From Tubulanus polymorphus (taxonomy: Eukaryota > Animalia > Nemertea), in assembly GCF_964204645.1 (NCBI RefSeq), contig NC_134032.1, forward strand, positions 13,566,275 to 13,630,274: DNA of 64,000 nucleotides, written 5' to 3'. Shown here piece by piece: positions 12,344 to 36,300 of the stretch (position 1 is its first letter; every line of letters starts with the position of its first letter). Made by a program: the position numbers and the translations under genes. The notes beneath the pieces are model-generated. The model saw nothing but the letters and a program-made list of their open reading frames with translations. It was not told the origin of the DNA and ran no database searches.

Positions 12344-12418
12344 CTGATTGTTAATATCTTAACTTGACTACAAATCAATGAAGCAAAAGCAATAACCACT
12401 ATGCAGCTATCAAACCTC

Positions 12419-12654
12419 AGTCTGTACATACGCCCCCGACGTTTGACAGACGTTCACTTTTTGCCCAATGTTTGTCCAGGGCCCATGGCAGGACCCCAGA
12501 TATTTTCATTTCAAAATGAATAAGGGTGTCATGTCTGAACAAACAATTTTTAGATGGACATTCACAATTTTGTGAAAAATGAGTTTGTCAAAAATGTTTT
12601 TCGTCCAGATATAGCCATTCAAAAGATTATCGTCCGAGGGGGCGGGTATAGACA
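12419..12654. mobile_element. MITE family B copy
   Basis: agtctgtacatacgccccc ... gagggggcgggtatagaca; homologous to 698-1039 without the nested insert. Confidence 0.6.
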
Positions 12655-14611
12655 GCTGATTGACAACCACATTATCATTTAGCAACCCCTATTGTATAAT
12701 GAATGTATAATTCTATTAATTAGATTCAGATGTATTTCACCTCATGATGGGATACGATCCCAAAAACGTTAAATGATCGTTGTCACGGATTTTCATTAAC
12801 CCGAGAGATCTCTCTACCTCAGATTCTAATCAATTGATTTCGATTAATCCCAGTAAACTTACCAATTAAACTGAAGTTGATTAACTTTTTACAAATCTAA
12901 CAATCGATCTCCCCCCCCCCCCGCGATCTAAAGCCTTGGTTACATTATTGGATTAGAAACAAAATGCGCGCTATCAACGGAAATTACATTATTACATAAT
13001 CATTACTACAACATCATCGTTTAACATAGTCTCAATAATCCAGGTACCAGACAGGACTACTTGATATCTCTTTTCGATTGTAGTTTTCACCACAAACGAC
13101 CGCATTATCTGACATAAAAAATAGAAGTTAAATTGAAAATCAGCTATAGCAATTATTCTGTTTTTGGGAGTATTTCGATACTTTTTTTGGAGTAAAAGAT
13201 ACTCTCAAATAGTAGTCGTAGTCAGGTCTGAGCTGAAGACAAACAAAACATTGCCTAGCTAGCCTAGTATACTCCCCGTCCCAATATAGAAAATGTTATA
13301 TTTTACTCTTGGCTTTTTGTAGCTACCTACATCCAAATACATGATTTTACAAGCCCAATTAGTTAACCCGCGTTTAACCAAAAATATAGGATACATATTT
13401 TTGGCGTAACCTAAAGTAACCAAATATACACTTCAAAACTCTCTGCACCAACACCTTGAAAACCATTAAAAATCTTCAAACTCAGCAAAATAAAGTCAAG
13501 TGACACACAACACAGTCACATTAGTAGCTTATTAATTCATTGAGTCATACAAGAGTCATGCATACTTCATTTTCATTCAGTTGACTCCAAATTGACTATG
13601 TCCTAAGCATTCATTACGCTACAGATCAGAGTCAAAATTATTTCAACTTCAATCTCTTGATTAGAGAAGAGTTCAATTGTTAATCAACCACAATGAACTG
13701 GCTCCATCAGGACTCAGATCGACAGTTCTCAAATGACTTTGGTTCCAACCCTACCTCCAAAAATATTATCCATAACTCTGGAGCTGGGTCGGTCCAGGAT
13801 CAATTGACTCAAAATCATTTCATTTTCAAATATAACTTTCAAAATCTGTGGAACCGAGTCCAGAGGGAGGTTATCAAATACTATCGTATTTATTATTGGC
13901 ACAATCTTTTTTTTTTACTTTGCTTCAATAAGTACTTTGAACAAAAGCCGAGCAAAATTAGCACACTTTATCTCTGTAAAAAAAGTTTACATCGAAAAAT
14001 TTCACGATTTTACAACAATTTTTCAAATGTTAAAAATTAATACTACGAAAACAGATACGTAAAAGTTGATTTTATCTATAGACGAATTTTTGGGTGTTTA
14101 AAACAAAATCCCGATATATGACATTTTATCAAAAATTAATAGATTATCAAAGCTAAATTCAAGAGAAGAGACATGAAATTCTTAATTTCTTCTTTTTTTT
14201 AATACTAATGTAGCTGGGCTAGTACAGTCAGTGATTAAAAAGTTTTCATTTTTCAAAAGTGAAAAGGACAGAATTCAAAACGGAAAACATCAACAGACTA
14301 CAACATAGAGGGCGCTACCGATGTTTATCATCAAATGATATCGAGGGCGCTACCTCTCAAACAGGATACAGGGGGTCTAGTAGACGACAGAGGGCACCAC
14401 TTTCTATATAATATGGAGGGCACTACTAGTATGCTGCAGACGATATAGGGGGCGCTACAAGTCTTTATTTTGCTGAACTACGACGACACAAATACAGTTT
14501 TACACTCATCAAAATTCAAACAACGGCCAAACGACACCTGTGACTGAAAAAACACCCTCGATTGAGAGAGAATAACAAACTATAATTTCTCTACAACGAC
14601 CGACGGAGCCA

Positions 14612-24815
<10,204 letters not shown>

Positions 24816-25791
24816 GACTGAGTGATAACCCTGACAAAAAAAAGAATTAGAAACAATTTTAAATTCATACATAGAGCTATAATTATATGATATTTGATCA
24901 ACCTTTTGTTTTTTTAAGCATTGGGCTTTTGTTTTCAGTTTTACTTTAATTTGTATTATTACACCTAGTTTGCGGTTTGTTGTATTCTACTAATTGTTTT
25001 CCTGTCTCTGTTTTAAATCACTTTCTGTTATTCAACCTTTCGCTGTTTGATTCTCATATCTTGTTTTTTACTTCTCTCCTCTCAGGTAATTTTCCTCAAA
25101 TGTTTTATGAAAATATATTGAACTGTCTGCATGTCAAAAGGGGCTGTAGCCAGGGGTGTTACTGTTAGGGGTTCTGAATCTGCTTGGTGCTGGGAGTAGA
25201 TACATGTTTTAACAATTTTTGCACCAACTAGTTCCAATTCTAAATTATATAGGCCCTATTCACAAAAGAAAGATCGAGGATTCTAAGTAAGGGTTAGCAA
25301 ATTCAATTTCACATATTGTTGTGTGTGCGTCTGTTCCCTTACGGCTTACAGTGGTGTTGTAAGTGCAGCGACTGCAGCGATGAAAGCCGCGGCAATAATT
25401 TACTGAATGACGTTTTTTTTTCTTTGAAAAAATTAAGCAAATTCGCCTGCCTAAAGCATTGAGGTTTCGGTTTAAGCTGCAGTACTCTGGCTGGATAAGT
25501 TTTTTGCACCACTCTGTATTGTCTTAAACGGGTGACCTTGTCTCCAGTAACCATCTCTTTTCTGCCTCGTTCATACTCCCATCAGCCCCGAATTTGAGAT
25601 ATGGCAAAAGAATAACATATTTCATAATGTGCGATGGTTTTTTAACTTACAGGTTGACTCTAACCGGGTTTAAATCGCGCTGAAATACCGAGCCAGACTT
25701 TACTTCCAGTTGTGTGCGTGATCGGACGACGATCACGATAAACCTGGCGCACTGTGCGTGATTGACTCGAGAAGTTATCCTACTCGCTTAC

Positions 25792-26328
25792 CAGTGTCGG
25801 TTTGGCTGACTGCGCATCGGACACGGTTCAGTGCCACATGCGGTCAGCAATCCAATATCCCAATGCATTATCATAAAAACCAAAAAAGGTACCTATGAAT
25901 AACGATACTGGGGTAAAAAAACATTTTTGCAACCATTCCTATGTGAATTAGAAGTGAGAAATGTCATACTTTTAATCATAGTTTTTTGATGATTTTTGCG
26001 GGTGCCCGGCCGCGTGTTGTGCCCCAGTGATCTCGCAACAAAAGTCAATCCATTATACGCCCATGAGGCGGCTTCGACTAACCAGCATGCAGAGTGACTC
26101 CATATTGTTACCTTATTTTTGTACCATATGACATTTCTTTTTTTTCTGTAATTTTATTCGTTCATCGAAATTGAGCAATCGATACAATTTTTCACTAGGG
26201 TCCGGGAATTTTGGTTTCGAATTCCGCGCGCATGCTGTACAAGTTCTCTACTGAACTCAGGAGTCGAACCCGCTCACGACCGGCGAATCTGTACAGCGCG
26301 TAGCAAAACTCAACCCTCTGTCTTCACG
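25792..26328. promoter_or_regulatory. Putative bidirectional promoter of NNT and IDH2, including the NNT non-coding first exon and the IDH2 5' UTR
   Basis: NNT coding exon 1 has a splice acceptor 15 nt before its ATG, so an upstream exon must exist; minus-strand donor ctg|gtaagc at 25792 (alternatives near 25651 and 25343); CCAAT near 25852 and 25861; GCGCATGC (partial NRF-1-like) near 26228; IDH2 ATG at 26329. Confidence 0.6.
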
Positions 26329-29300
26329 ATGGCTAGCAGTTCGGCACTTTGTTTTTCTCGATTTCTGGCTAAAAACAGCCGCAATCTAAGGAAGCTGGTC
26401 GCCCCGGCGTCGATTAATATCACTCAGAATGGATCGTGTAAGTATTTTATTTGCTCGTTTCGTAAATTCTCGTTAGAAACCGATTTTTGAACGCGGCAGT
26501 CTGGCAAACTAGTCTGCGCCTAAACCGTTTAGTTTTTAGAAAAGCTGAAAGCTCAACGATTTTTAATTTCGTTTACTTTGCCCATTTGCTGTTTTTTTCT
26601 GTTGTTCAGTAATGACGGATAGCTGTAGGTTTACAAAACGTTCACTTTGTCTTTGACCGGAGAAGGGAAGGAAAAGAGTTAGAGAATTAAATGCAAGACT
26701 AAATTCCCGTTATCAGAAAAATAAAAAAAGAATTTACTTTGGTGCATGTTCATTGCTGCTATGAACATACAATGAATATACCCCTGGTCTTCTTCAACAA
26801 TTCAATATGAAATCAAAGTAATTTACGAGTCTTTCTTTGAACTTCACGACAAAAAACTCATTCCTGCCACCAGCTGCCACATCGCAGTAATATAGAGGTT
26901 AGAGTTGTGGGCTGTGGTTCCAGCTGTTAGTACCAGGAATGGATACATCTGACGTAGATATTGCACCTGCCACCTACACTATACACGCACACTATAGATG
27001 TGACACTTCATTCATGAATATGATATTTGTTTGATTGGTAGCTGTAGATATCGTTATTGAAACATGTGGCATTGGAATAAAAGTTCCCAATCATTTGCGA
27101 TAAATGGTTGATTTTGTATGGGAATTTCAGGCATTTTCATCTGATCTGGAAATCATTGTACTGTATATTAAGATATGATGATTAATTCGGAGATTATTAA
27201 AATGTCATGTTAAATCACAGATTTTATCATTATAATCTTGTTTAGTTTGTCCAAAAATAGGTTTAATGATGTAAGATAAAGTTTGTGTCATTGAAGTAAA
27301 AGTATAGCGTATTTATGAGGGAATAGGTACATATTGTATAGATGGTAATTCTGGCTTTATTCTTCCTGGCAGATAAAATCGGGGAATTCCTACTTTTTTC
27401 TGAGATAATCAGGCAAATTTTAGTGTCTTGATATTTTTGCTGGCGATAAGTGGTGATAAGGAACCTCTTAGTCTTGATAAGAAACAAGCGCCATAGTGGA
27501 TATCTTATAATTCAATGAGGTTAATGGTCAGGCATTTATCAAAAGGAATTTTAGACTCCCTCTTATCTATAAGAACCCTGATTGTGATTAAGTCCTGCAC
27601 TTAATAGCTGACAAATTTCCAAATATTCCCCATGATAATTTTGTCCGCATACCTTATGAATTCAGGAAAAAGAATTTAAATTTTTGTTGGTCAGCGAGTG
27701 TGGCTCAGGTTTTGGCTAGAACATTAGAAAACCACGACTCAATAGGAAAACAGCAGCTGAAATGAATATTATCTGCTCTTCTAAAAATATCTATGAACAG
27801 CATTGACTGCAGTCTAGCTTCAGTACTACCGGCTGTAAGCGTTATATATATGTAAAAAACGACTTCGTAGATCTATTCATAATCTTCGGTTTGTTTTTGT
27901 GTTATCTTCGCTTGAGTTGTCCGTCTGCCCGGTTCATACCACCGGCAGACGATCATTTATAATCGCGCAACAATAAAAACCGGTAGACGCCGGATTTAAA
28001 CCGTTTTGATTGAATAATCCACGAAGTCGTCGAGATAAAAGAATTCTTACAGTCGCATTGTTTCGTACGACAAACCCCTTGATAGATATCTTTTATTCTT
28101 TCTGTCTGATTTCATATTCTCTGTGAAAGAAACTTGATATGAAATATGGCATTTTCATGGCTGACCTTTATCTATTCGTCTTTATGGAAAATCTTGTTAT
28201 TGCCCCCATAAAATTTTATAATGATATTCTTTAATTTCTCAGCTGGTTTATTGTGGTTTAGTTCCAGTCACCGCTCAGGCAAGGTGTCGAGGCCTGGATA
28301 GTGGTTGACTGATTGCCAAAATAAAACTCGAGATGATCTTGAGTTTAGGGGTTAATGCTGAAATTTCAATCTTTTTGAAATATTTTAACTTTCCGCTGAA
28401 GTTTAAATCAAACTCTGCCCTGATTGGAGTAGTGGATCCAAAAATTTTGTTTCTGGGTGACTCCATTTATATTTTTGAATATTCTGTCCTGATCTTGTGC
28501 CCCAGGGGGTTCTGCTCCACCCATAGAAAATTTTGAAAAATGTAGCTCTGGATGCGATGTGTTTGTGGTGTCTATCACACCTATGATTAGTATCAAAATG
28601 TAATGGCAAGAAACAGGGACCCAGTCTGTTAAGCCCTCCCCAGATTTGCTGTGAGTATCTCATAAGGTCTGACTGTTGAGATTATTTTAATGTTTTTTTG
28701 CTGTTGTTTGTTGATTTTATAGATTCGACACAGAAACGAATTAAGGTTGATAAACCGGTCGTTGAATTGGACGGAGATGAAATGACTCGAATCATCTGGG
28801 AAAAAATCAAAGAAAAGGTAAACAGTAAATTCTATACAGCCCTTTAACCTCCCCCTTAAACCTCTCTCCATTCCTTACCTCTCCTCACTTCTCTAACCTC
28901 CCATTCCCGACCTTGGACCGAGCTTCCTGTCTCTCCTATCACCCACCCTTGCCCCCTTTCTCACTCCCCAACTTTCTCACTGCCCACCTGCCAGCTCTTC
29001 CTTCCACATTGTCTTGTAAGATGAACAAAACTGGCAGGTGTGGTGGGTTTGAAAGTTTGTCAGAGACACTAAATCGAAACCAAATCGACTTATCAAATGA
29101 ATAGGGTTGATCCCTATTTTAAGATTAGAATAAAATCTCTTTTCTTTCTATTTTCACATCTTCTTTCTTCACCTCTTGATCTTCCATCTCCCTTCTCCCC
29201 CATTCTCCACTAGCCTCCCTCCCCAGTTCCTCCCTCTCCCACTCCCCAATTGTCTTCCCACCCTGTCTTGCAGCTAGAATAACATCTCAATCTCTCTCTC

Positions 29301-32300
29301 TGTGTTCTCTGTGTTTACAGTTGATATTGCCGTATTTGGATGTGGAGTGTTTATATTATGATCTGGGTTTACCGCATCGTGACGCGACCAACGATCAGGT
29401 TACGATCGACTCGGCTCACGCTATTCTCAAACACAACGTCGGTATCAAATGTGCAACGATTACCCCCGACGAACAGAGGGTCGAAGGTAAACTATCATCG
29501 TTAACTTAATCATGTCTGCCTCGGTGAATCTCCTTATGACATCGGAAAGAGTCAAAAATAATCTCAAATCTGTCAAATCCCGCTCGCATTCCGAGGTTGT
29601 TGAAATTGTTGAAAAAGTCCTTCTTAGTACTTCCTTTTACCCTGGCCTCACCGCTGGAAACCCTCTCACGGATTTGAATAGATACCCCTATGACATCATC
29701 AAATTGCTTTGTGACAATTCCAGAAATGATGTCCGACAGTCTCAAAAAATCCCCCTATGACGTCACAAATTCTCTTCTGATTTGATATGTAAGGTAGTAT
29801 GTCCTATTTCTAATCGAATTTTGATTAATTTGATGATGTCATTGGAGGAATTTATAGAGGTGGGCCATACCAGGATCTTTATATGGCAGAAATGATAAGA
29901 ATGTTGCAGACGATCCTGTTTTCTGTAAGTGACAGTGATTTCTGAGTTTTCACGCAAAATTTTGTTTTTTTTGTTTTTCAGAATTCAAACTGAAGCAGAT
30001 GTGGTTGAGCCCGAACGGTACGATCAGGAACATTCTCGGCGGAACCGTGTTCCGAGAGCCGATTATCTGTAAGAAAATTCCGCGATTGGTTCCCGGCTGG
30101 AAGGACGCGATCGTCATCGGTCGTCACGCCCACGGTGATCAGGTACGTCAGAGCAGACGACTTCAATCTCAACTATCAGCCACTGGTTACTGAGATGCTG
30201 TCCTCCATTTCTTCTTCATTTCGATGAAATTTGAATCAACCTTTCCTGATAAGTAAATTAATTTACAGTGAAATCTATACTATACACTTGTGAATGAAAA
30301 AGTCAATCTAAGATCTATTTTACTTGTTTGATGATTTTTGGTTTTCAAAACTTATAAGTTCAGTTCGAAGTTCATTGAAAATGAAAACATTTTCACTAAA
30401 AATTGCAAATTCAGTGTATTGTTGCGCCATCTGGTGTATGCTGCTTGTACTTCATTGGCAATTAACGAAACTTTGGTCTGTCACAACAATTGAAGATTTA
30501 GGAGTGATAATTTTGAACTTTCTTTGGTTTGAATATTTTTTGTTGAATTCCGGTGCGGTGTTGACCCTGTTTTTGTTTTGATTATTCAATGAGTGATGTA
30601 TTGTGTTTATTATTTCAGTATAAAGCCACTGATTTCGTCGTACCCGGAGCTGGTAAAGTTGAACTAGTTTACACTCCGGCCGGAGGAGAAAAAGTCACGC
30701 ACGAAGTTTACAATTTCAAAGATGGCGGTTGCGTAATGGGCATGTACAACACTGATGAGGTAATTCAATTAATTTAAAATTTTCTCAATCTGCTGCCCTG
30801 AAAACCAATTTTTGAAAGTGTGCCGATGGAATCTCTAATATATCTGGGATTTGTAGCTCATTTTCAATTAAAAATGTCTAAGATGAAGCACTGAACATGT
30901 GTGAGTGTGAACGATCAGTTTTTGAAAGCGCAATCATAGATTTTCAAATGTCATTTAAACTTTAAGGACTCGGACTCTAAGCATTCGACACCAACTCGGG
31001 TTTGAACTTTTTACAGCGTTGTAGGAATTTGTATTTTGATATTTCAGTCGATTCGAGGTTTCGCGGAAAGTTGTTTCCAGATGGCGCTGATGAAGAAATG
31101 GCCGCTGTATTTGAGCACGAAGAACACGATCCTGAAACGTTACGACGGACGATTCAAAGATATCTTCAACGAAATCTATGAAAGGTGACTTGACTGGGAG
31201 ACAAAACTAGCAAGAGAATTTTGTTCTTGTTATTAAATCAAGGTTCTTTTACAGATCAGGGATATCTGACTTGGTGATTCTTGCTCATGACAAGTGGCAC
31301 AATGAACCTCTTGATAGAAACAGCCCCCTCTGAGGAGGGTTGGGGAGAATAGGAGAATTTTGGATTCTCTGATCCATAAGAATCCAACTGCTGGTTGCAT
31401 GGTCATGGCTTAGACTTAAGGCCAGTCTTAGACCAACTTGCTTCTAGAGCCACTCTAACAACTTAAGACCACTCTTAATATTTTAGTCACGACTGTGCAA
31501 CTGGCCCTTGGGAACAGCCCCCAATGAGAATAAACTCATTATCTAATCAAAGAATCTTTTGGTCAAGGGTGAGCGAAATATCAGCAAGGAATTTCTGAAT
31601 CCCTGATCTGTTCAAACCTTGTTAATTGAAGATAAAGTCAAGACGACGCAATCAATTATCATTTTCTTTTTCTAAACAGTAAATATAAACAGAAGATCGA
31701 GGAAGCAGGGATCTGGTACGAGCATCGATTAATCGATGATATGGTCGCGCAGGCCCTGAAATCTAGCGGAGAGTTTATCTGGGCGTGTAAAAACTACGAC
31801 GGCGATGTACAGTCGGACGTCGTCGCTCAGGGTATGCATCTAACCCCCACCCCGCTCAGTAATGTTCCCATGAATCCCCCTATTAATTATATCATGAATT
31901 GATATTGTTGAAACGAGTTGGTTCCACAAGACAGGTGCTATATATTTAGATGAATAGATAGTAAATTTGATGTCTTGATATTCGCGAAGATGAAAAGTTT
32001 GATTTGATTTTCTGACAACAGATTTTTGATTTTGATATTTGTATGGGTCTGCTGAATTGAGCATGTTGGTTAGTAGTATTGCTGACCCCTGGTATGAGGG
32101 TATAGGTCAGTTAATAGCCGAGGCCCGCAAGTACCTACGCCCGGGCGGGAGGGCGATAATCGGTTTCAGTTGCGCCATTGGAGTTATCGCCTACATATTG
32201 CGCGCTTCAAGATCCCCTTACAACATCGTTTCTTCATTAGCCATACTAGAATTCAAAAGAACCAGTTCCAAACAATGATTTCGATAAATGTTATTCTTGC

Positions 32301-33311
32301 AGGTTATGGATCTCTCGGTCTGATGACTAGTGTACTGGTCTGTCCTGACGGTAAGACTGTAGAATCGGAGGCGGCTCACGGCACGGTCACGCGTCATTAC
32401 CGTGAACACCAGAAAGGTAATCCGACGAGCACGAACCCGGTGGCCAGCATCTACGCGTGGACTCGCGGGTTAGAACACCGAGCGCGGCTCGACGGAAATA
32501 AAGATCTGGAAAAATTCTGTCATGATCTGGAAAGAGCCTGTGTCGATACTGTAGACTCGGGACTGATGACTAAAGATCTGGCTGGCTGCATTTATGGCCT
32601 GAAAAAGTAAGTTATACCTGCATTTTTTGTGAAATAATTTCAGTTCTATGTGTACTGTTTGACCTAGTTCAGGGTGCTTAAGTTTCAGATCAGAAAAAAA
32701 AAAATTCAGGGAGCTCTAGATTTATTCTTTCCTTCAGGGAATTCTGACACGTTTCTTGGAAATCTGAAAATTTGGATTTTTAGGGTCTTGTTGTTCTTGC
32801 TAGTGTCGAGTGGCATAAGGAACCTCTATTGGAACAAGAAACCTGCTGTTTCTATAAAAACCAGTGCCCACAGAAGATATCTTACACAATCTGATCAGGG
32901 AATTTGAATTTTTGATATCTTGTTGTTCCTGCCGGTGACGAGTGGCACAAGGAACCTCTTGATAAAAACAGCCCTCACTGAGGATATCTTTAATTTAATC
33001 TGGGAATTTGGATTTTGGTGTCTTGTTGTTCATGCTGGTGACAAGTCGTCAAGGAACCTCTTGATAGGGGACAGCCCCCACTTAGGATATCTTTAATTTA
33101 ATCAGGAAACTTTTGGCTTGGTCACAGGTCAGGGATATAATTGTTTGAAACAATGCGACTACGCATGAATATTTTGATAAAATTTCATTATTTTAAATGT
33201 TGTTGCAAAATCGATGTTTTTATTTCCAGTTTGAAACCCGACCAATATCTGTACACGATGGACTTCCTCGAGGCGATCGCGAAAACTCTCGAGAAAAGTC
33301 TACACAAATAA
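26329..33311 (+). CDS. IDH2: Mitochondrial NADP-dependent isocitrate dehydrogenase
   Basis: Exons 26329-26437, 28723-28817, 29321-29486, 29982-30142, 30619-30759, 31048-31184, 31680-31831, 32303-32606, 33230-33311. Presequence [23 protein letters not shown]; [64 protein letters not shown]; no C-terminal PTS1. Confidence 0.96.
32785..33080. repeat. Three tandem copies (about 130 bp) of an intronic repeat
   Basis: cttgttgttc..gct.gtgac.agtggcac.aaggaacctcttgata recurs here and singly near 27440 and 31280. Confidence 0.55.
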
Positions 33312-36300
33312 TTCTCACCACTAGACGGCGCTACCGTACACCATCCATCCATTTGAACTACCGTAGGTGGCAGCACTATATCGCTAGCCGTGGTTTAATG
33401 ATGTGTGTGATTATGTAGAGGGCACTAGTAGTTTTTAAAACGAATAATATGCAAATAAGTCAAATGTAGGTCAACACTCGTCCAATTGGAATAAAAAACG
33501 TGTTCAAGTTTCAGAGTAGTTGGACGTTTAAAAGAAAAAAAATATATTTCTGTTTTGTATTTCATAAGCTCAGTGCGTAATGTAGTGAATTTGATTATCA
33601 AAAGGTAACTCATTCTCAGGACTCAAGAGTTTCGATTGACTCCAATGACTTTCGAATTATTGTTGAGGACATTTTAACTGCTGGCTTGAAGTTTACAGAG
33701 GTAACTAGAGCGCCATTACCTTAATTGTAATTCATCTAAAATGTCGAATCACTGTTTCAAATTCAGTTCAAACCTTTTACAATGATGAATTCCTCGGATC
33801 AGTTGCTTTAAAGGTTGGTTGAGTTAATCGTTGACATAGTGGTGTTTATCCGTCAGTAAACTTTAATCAACCTTTGAGCATCTGGCCCCTGGATTATGTT
33901 TACTTTGGCTATTGGTTGGATCAGAAAAAATGTAGCACAGCAGAGTCTAATCAGAGTAATTGTCTTCACAAATCATTCTTTTGTCATAAACTTTCGACCA
34001 ATTCGTGCGTTGTTGGCATTGCTTTCTGCTGTGGTTCTGAATGATCTAATTCCGCTGTATAGAGACCGTGAACTGTTTTTTATTTGATTCCGCGTTTGCT
34101 GCGATCATGTTCTCGAAAACATTTTTAAAAAGAAATCATTTCTAAATTATTTTCATTTCTATTTTTGTGAAAGACCTATTTTTTTAAGTACCAAGTACAG
34201 CAATCATTAAAATGATAATTTCTGAATTAACCAGACTGCTAACGCTGCTATTTTCTAAAAAAAAACTTTGTATTTTGTCTTCAAGTTTGATATGCAATAT
34301 CAGTGTTGTTTGTGAGCCTCCTTGACAGAGTCTAAGACCCTCAAGTTTTACTAAGTAAACTTTAAAAACTACAAATTTATAGGACACCATGTTATGAATA
34401 GTATATCTAGAGTCAGTTCTACAGTTGTTGGAATAAACGCAACCCTTAACATAAGTTAAACCAAAACTTTTAAGGGTCAAGTGTTAAAACAGCAAGCGTA
34501 GAACTGTGTAATGTTTAATATGACTAATAGGTGTAGCTGCTGTGGTTGATTAATAAATAATAAAGGCAGGGATGAATGTGTATTGTGTAAATATCTTCGG
34601 TTTGTTCACTCTATTCTTTTCACTTGTTTCTGATACGTCGAAGACCTCGATGATTTGTATATTCGATAGAAAGTATTTGCCGTTTGGAACTCTTGCTAAC
34701 AGCCTTACAATCACAGTGGGACACACCTGTCCCTCGCAACAGGACACCCCTCCAGCCCCATTGCATCAACTATTCAGACTGTACATGAAACATCTGGGAC
34801 ACCACAACATCACTAAGAACTAATTTGATCTTCAAAAAAGTCCAAAAATCTTCGATTCAATAGGCAATCGCAATTCAATAGGCAGCCATTTTGTTTCCAA
34901 TATCTTCCGTTTCTAGACGTATATTTATCAATAAAAATCATTGAAAATTTGTGAGTTTGGTGGCAGCACCATACGGTCGACTAGCGGAATTTCTGTGAAC
35001 TAATATAATATTTGCCGTCTATTCGGATAGTAATCGGTCATTTTTACTATTTTTAGAAAACAAATAAGCCATTTCTACCTAATTAAATTAATATTGAGGG
35101 CCACCGTAAAGTAGTTGTTTTACACAGCCCGCGGTATTACATTAGTTTACAGAAATTCCGCTAGGTGACCGTATGGTGCTGCCACCTAGTTTGCTGCGGT
35201 TGAATTAAAATGGGTGAATGATCGATTGGAATCCCACTATTTGGTTCTCTTTTTAATGCCACACGCGGATTTAGGTTCGAAACGAATAGATACGTAAAGC
35301 TTCTTTCTTTGATCCGAGTGAAAGAAAACTTTTTGGGAATCATTCAAAACATTGGCAGCATTGATACAAAAGCGATGGTTGTTTTGCATTCCACAATTCT
35401 GATCAGTTTAATTGACCAAAAATTGACTGAAATATAAAAAGACAAAACGACAGGAATCGAAAAATTTGACCTATTTAGATCGATTCATTCGCATGGAATG
35501 ATTTAAATACTTGATTCCGCAAAACTTAGCCACAGTATAAAAAATCACACATGCTTAGAATAAGAAAATTAAATGTATTAAATCTTTTATTGGTCGTGTA
35601 TAAACCCTAGTTCGTATCACATCTTCTGCAGCTTGTTTATTCTGGACATCTCATCCTCTCTGAAGAGACGGTAAAGTCGCTACTAGCTCAAGGAAACAAT
35701 TTAGACTGAATTGTTTTTTTTCTTATCGTCGGATTTAATGGTCATTTAAGTCATAGGTTTTCATTACCGTTTAAAGAGGAAATTCGTATTCGAACAACGC
35801 TGACAATATCTGCATATAATCATAAGACAGCTTGAAGTCCATCATTAATAAAAAAAACCTTTTTCGTTTGTACGTCTTGAGTGCGTCAGCCGGCTAAAAA
35901 CATTGATTTCACAATCCTCCCGAATCAATATAGAAAGCCACTGTCATTTATTTTTATATTCAATTTATTGTCCTGGTAATGAAATAATGATGGGGCGTGG
36001 GCTGCCTTGTTGCTATCGTTAATTACTCTCGTATGCTGTGTCGTTTGGCAATAATGATAGTTGCTGAATCGAACATAAAGGATATATTCATAGAACACCA
36101 TTTTATTAGCCGGTTTCCTTTTTTTCAAAGCAGCCGAAAGCGAATGAGTTTTGATTTTATGACGTCACACGGTTGCCCGGCCGACCCGCGTATCGGAATC
36201 AATGAACTCCTTTGAAGTGTTTTATTGAGAGTGAAAGGTTAAGTCGCGGCTTTAAGTGTTCAAGCAGGGACGTCTGATCCAGACGAAAGCGCAAAGAGCA

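Noticed and set aside
26329-33311. Cytosolic IDH1
   Set aside because: N-terminal presequence, [10 protein letters not shown] start and absence of a PTS1 tripeptide favour IDH2.
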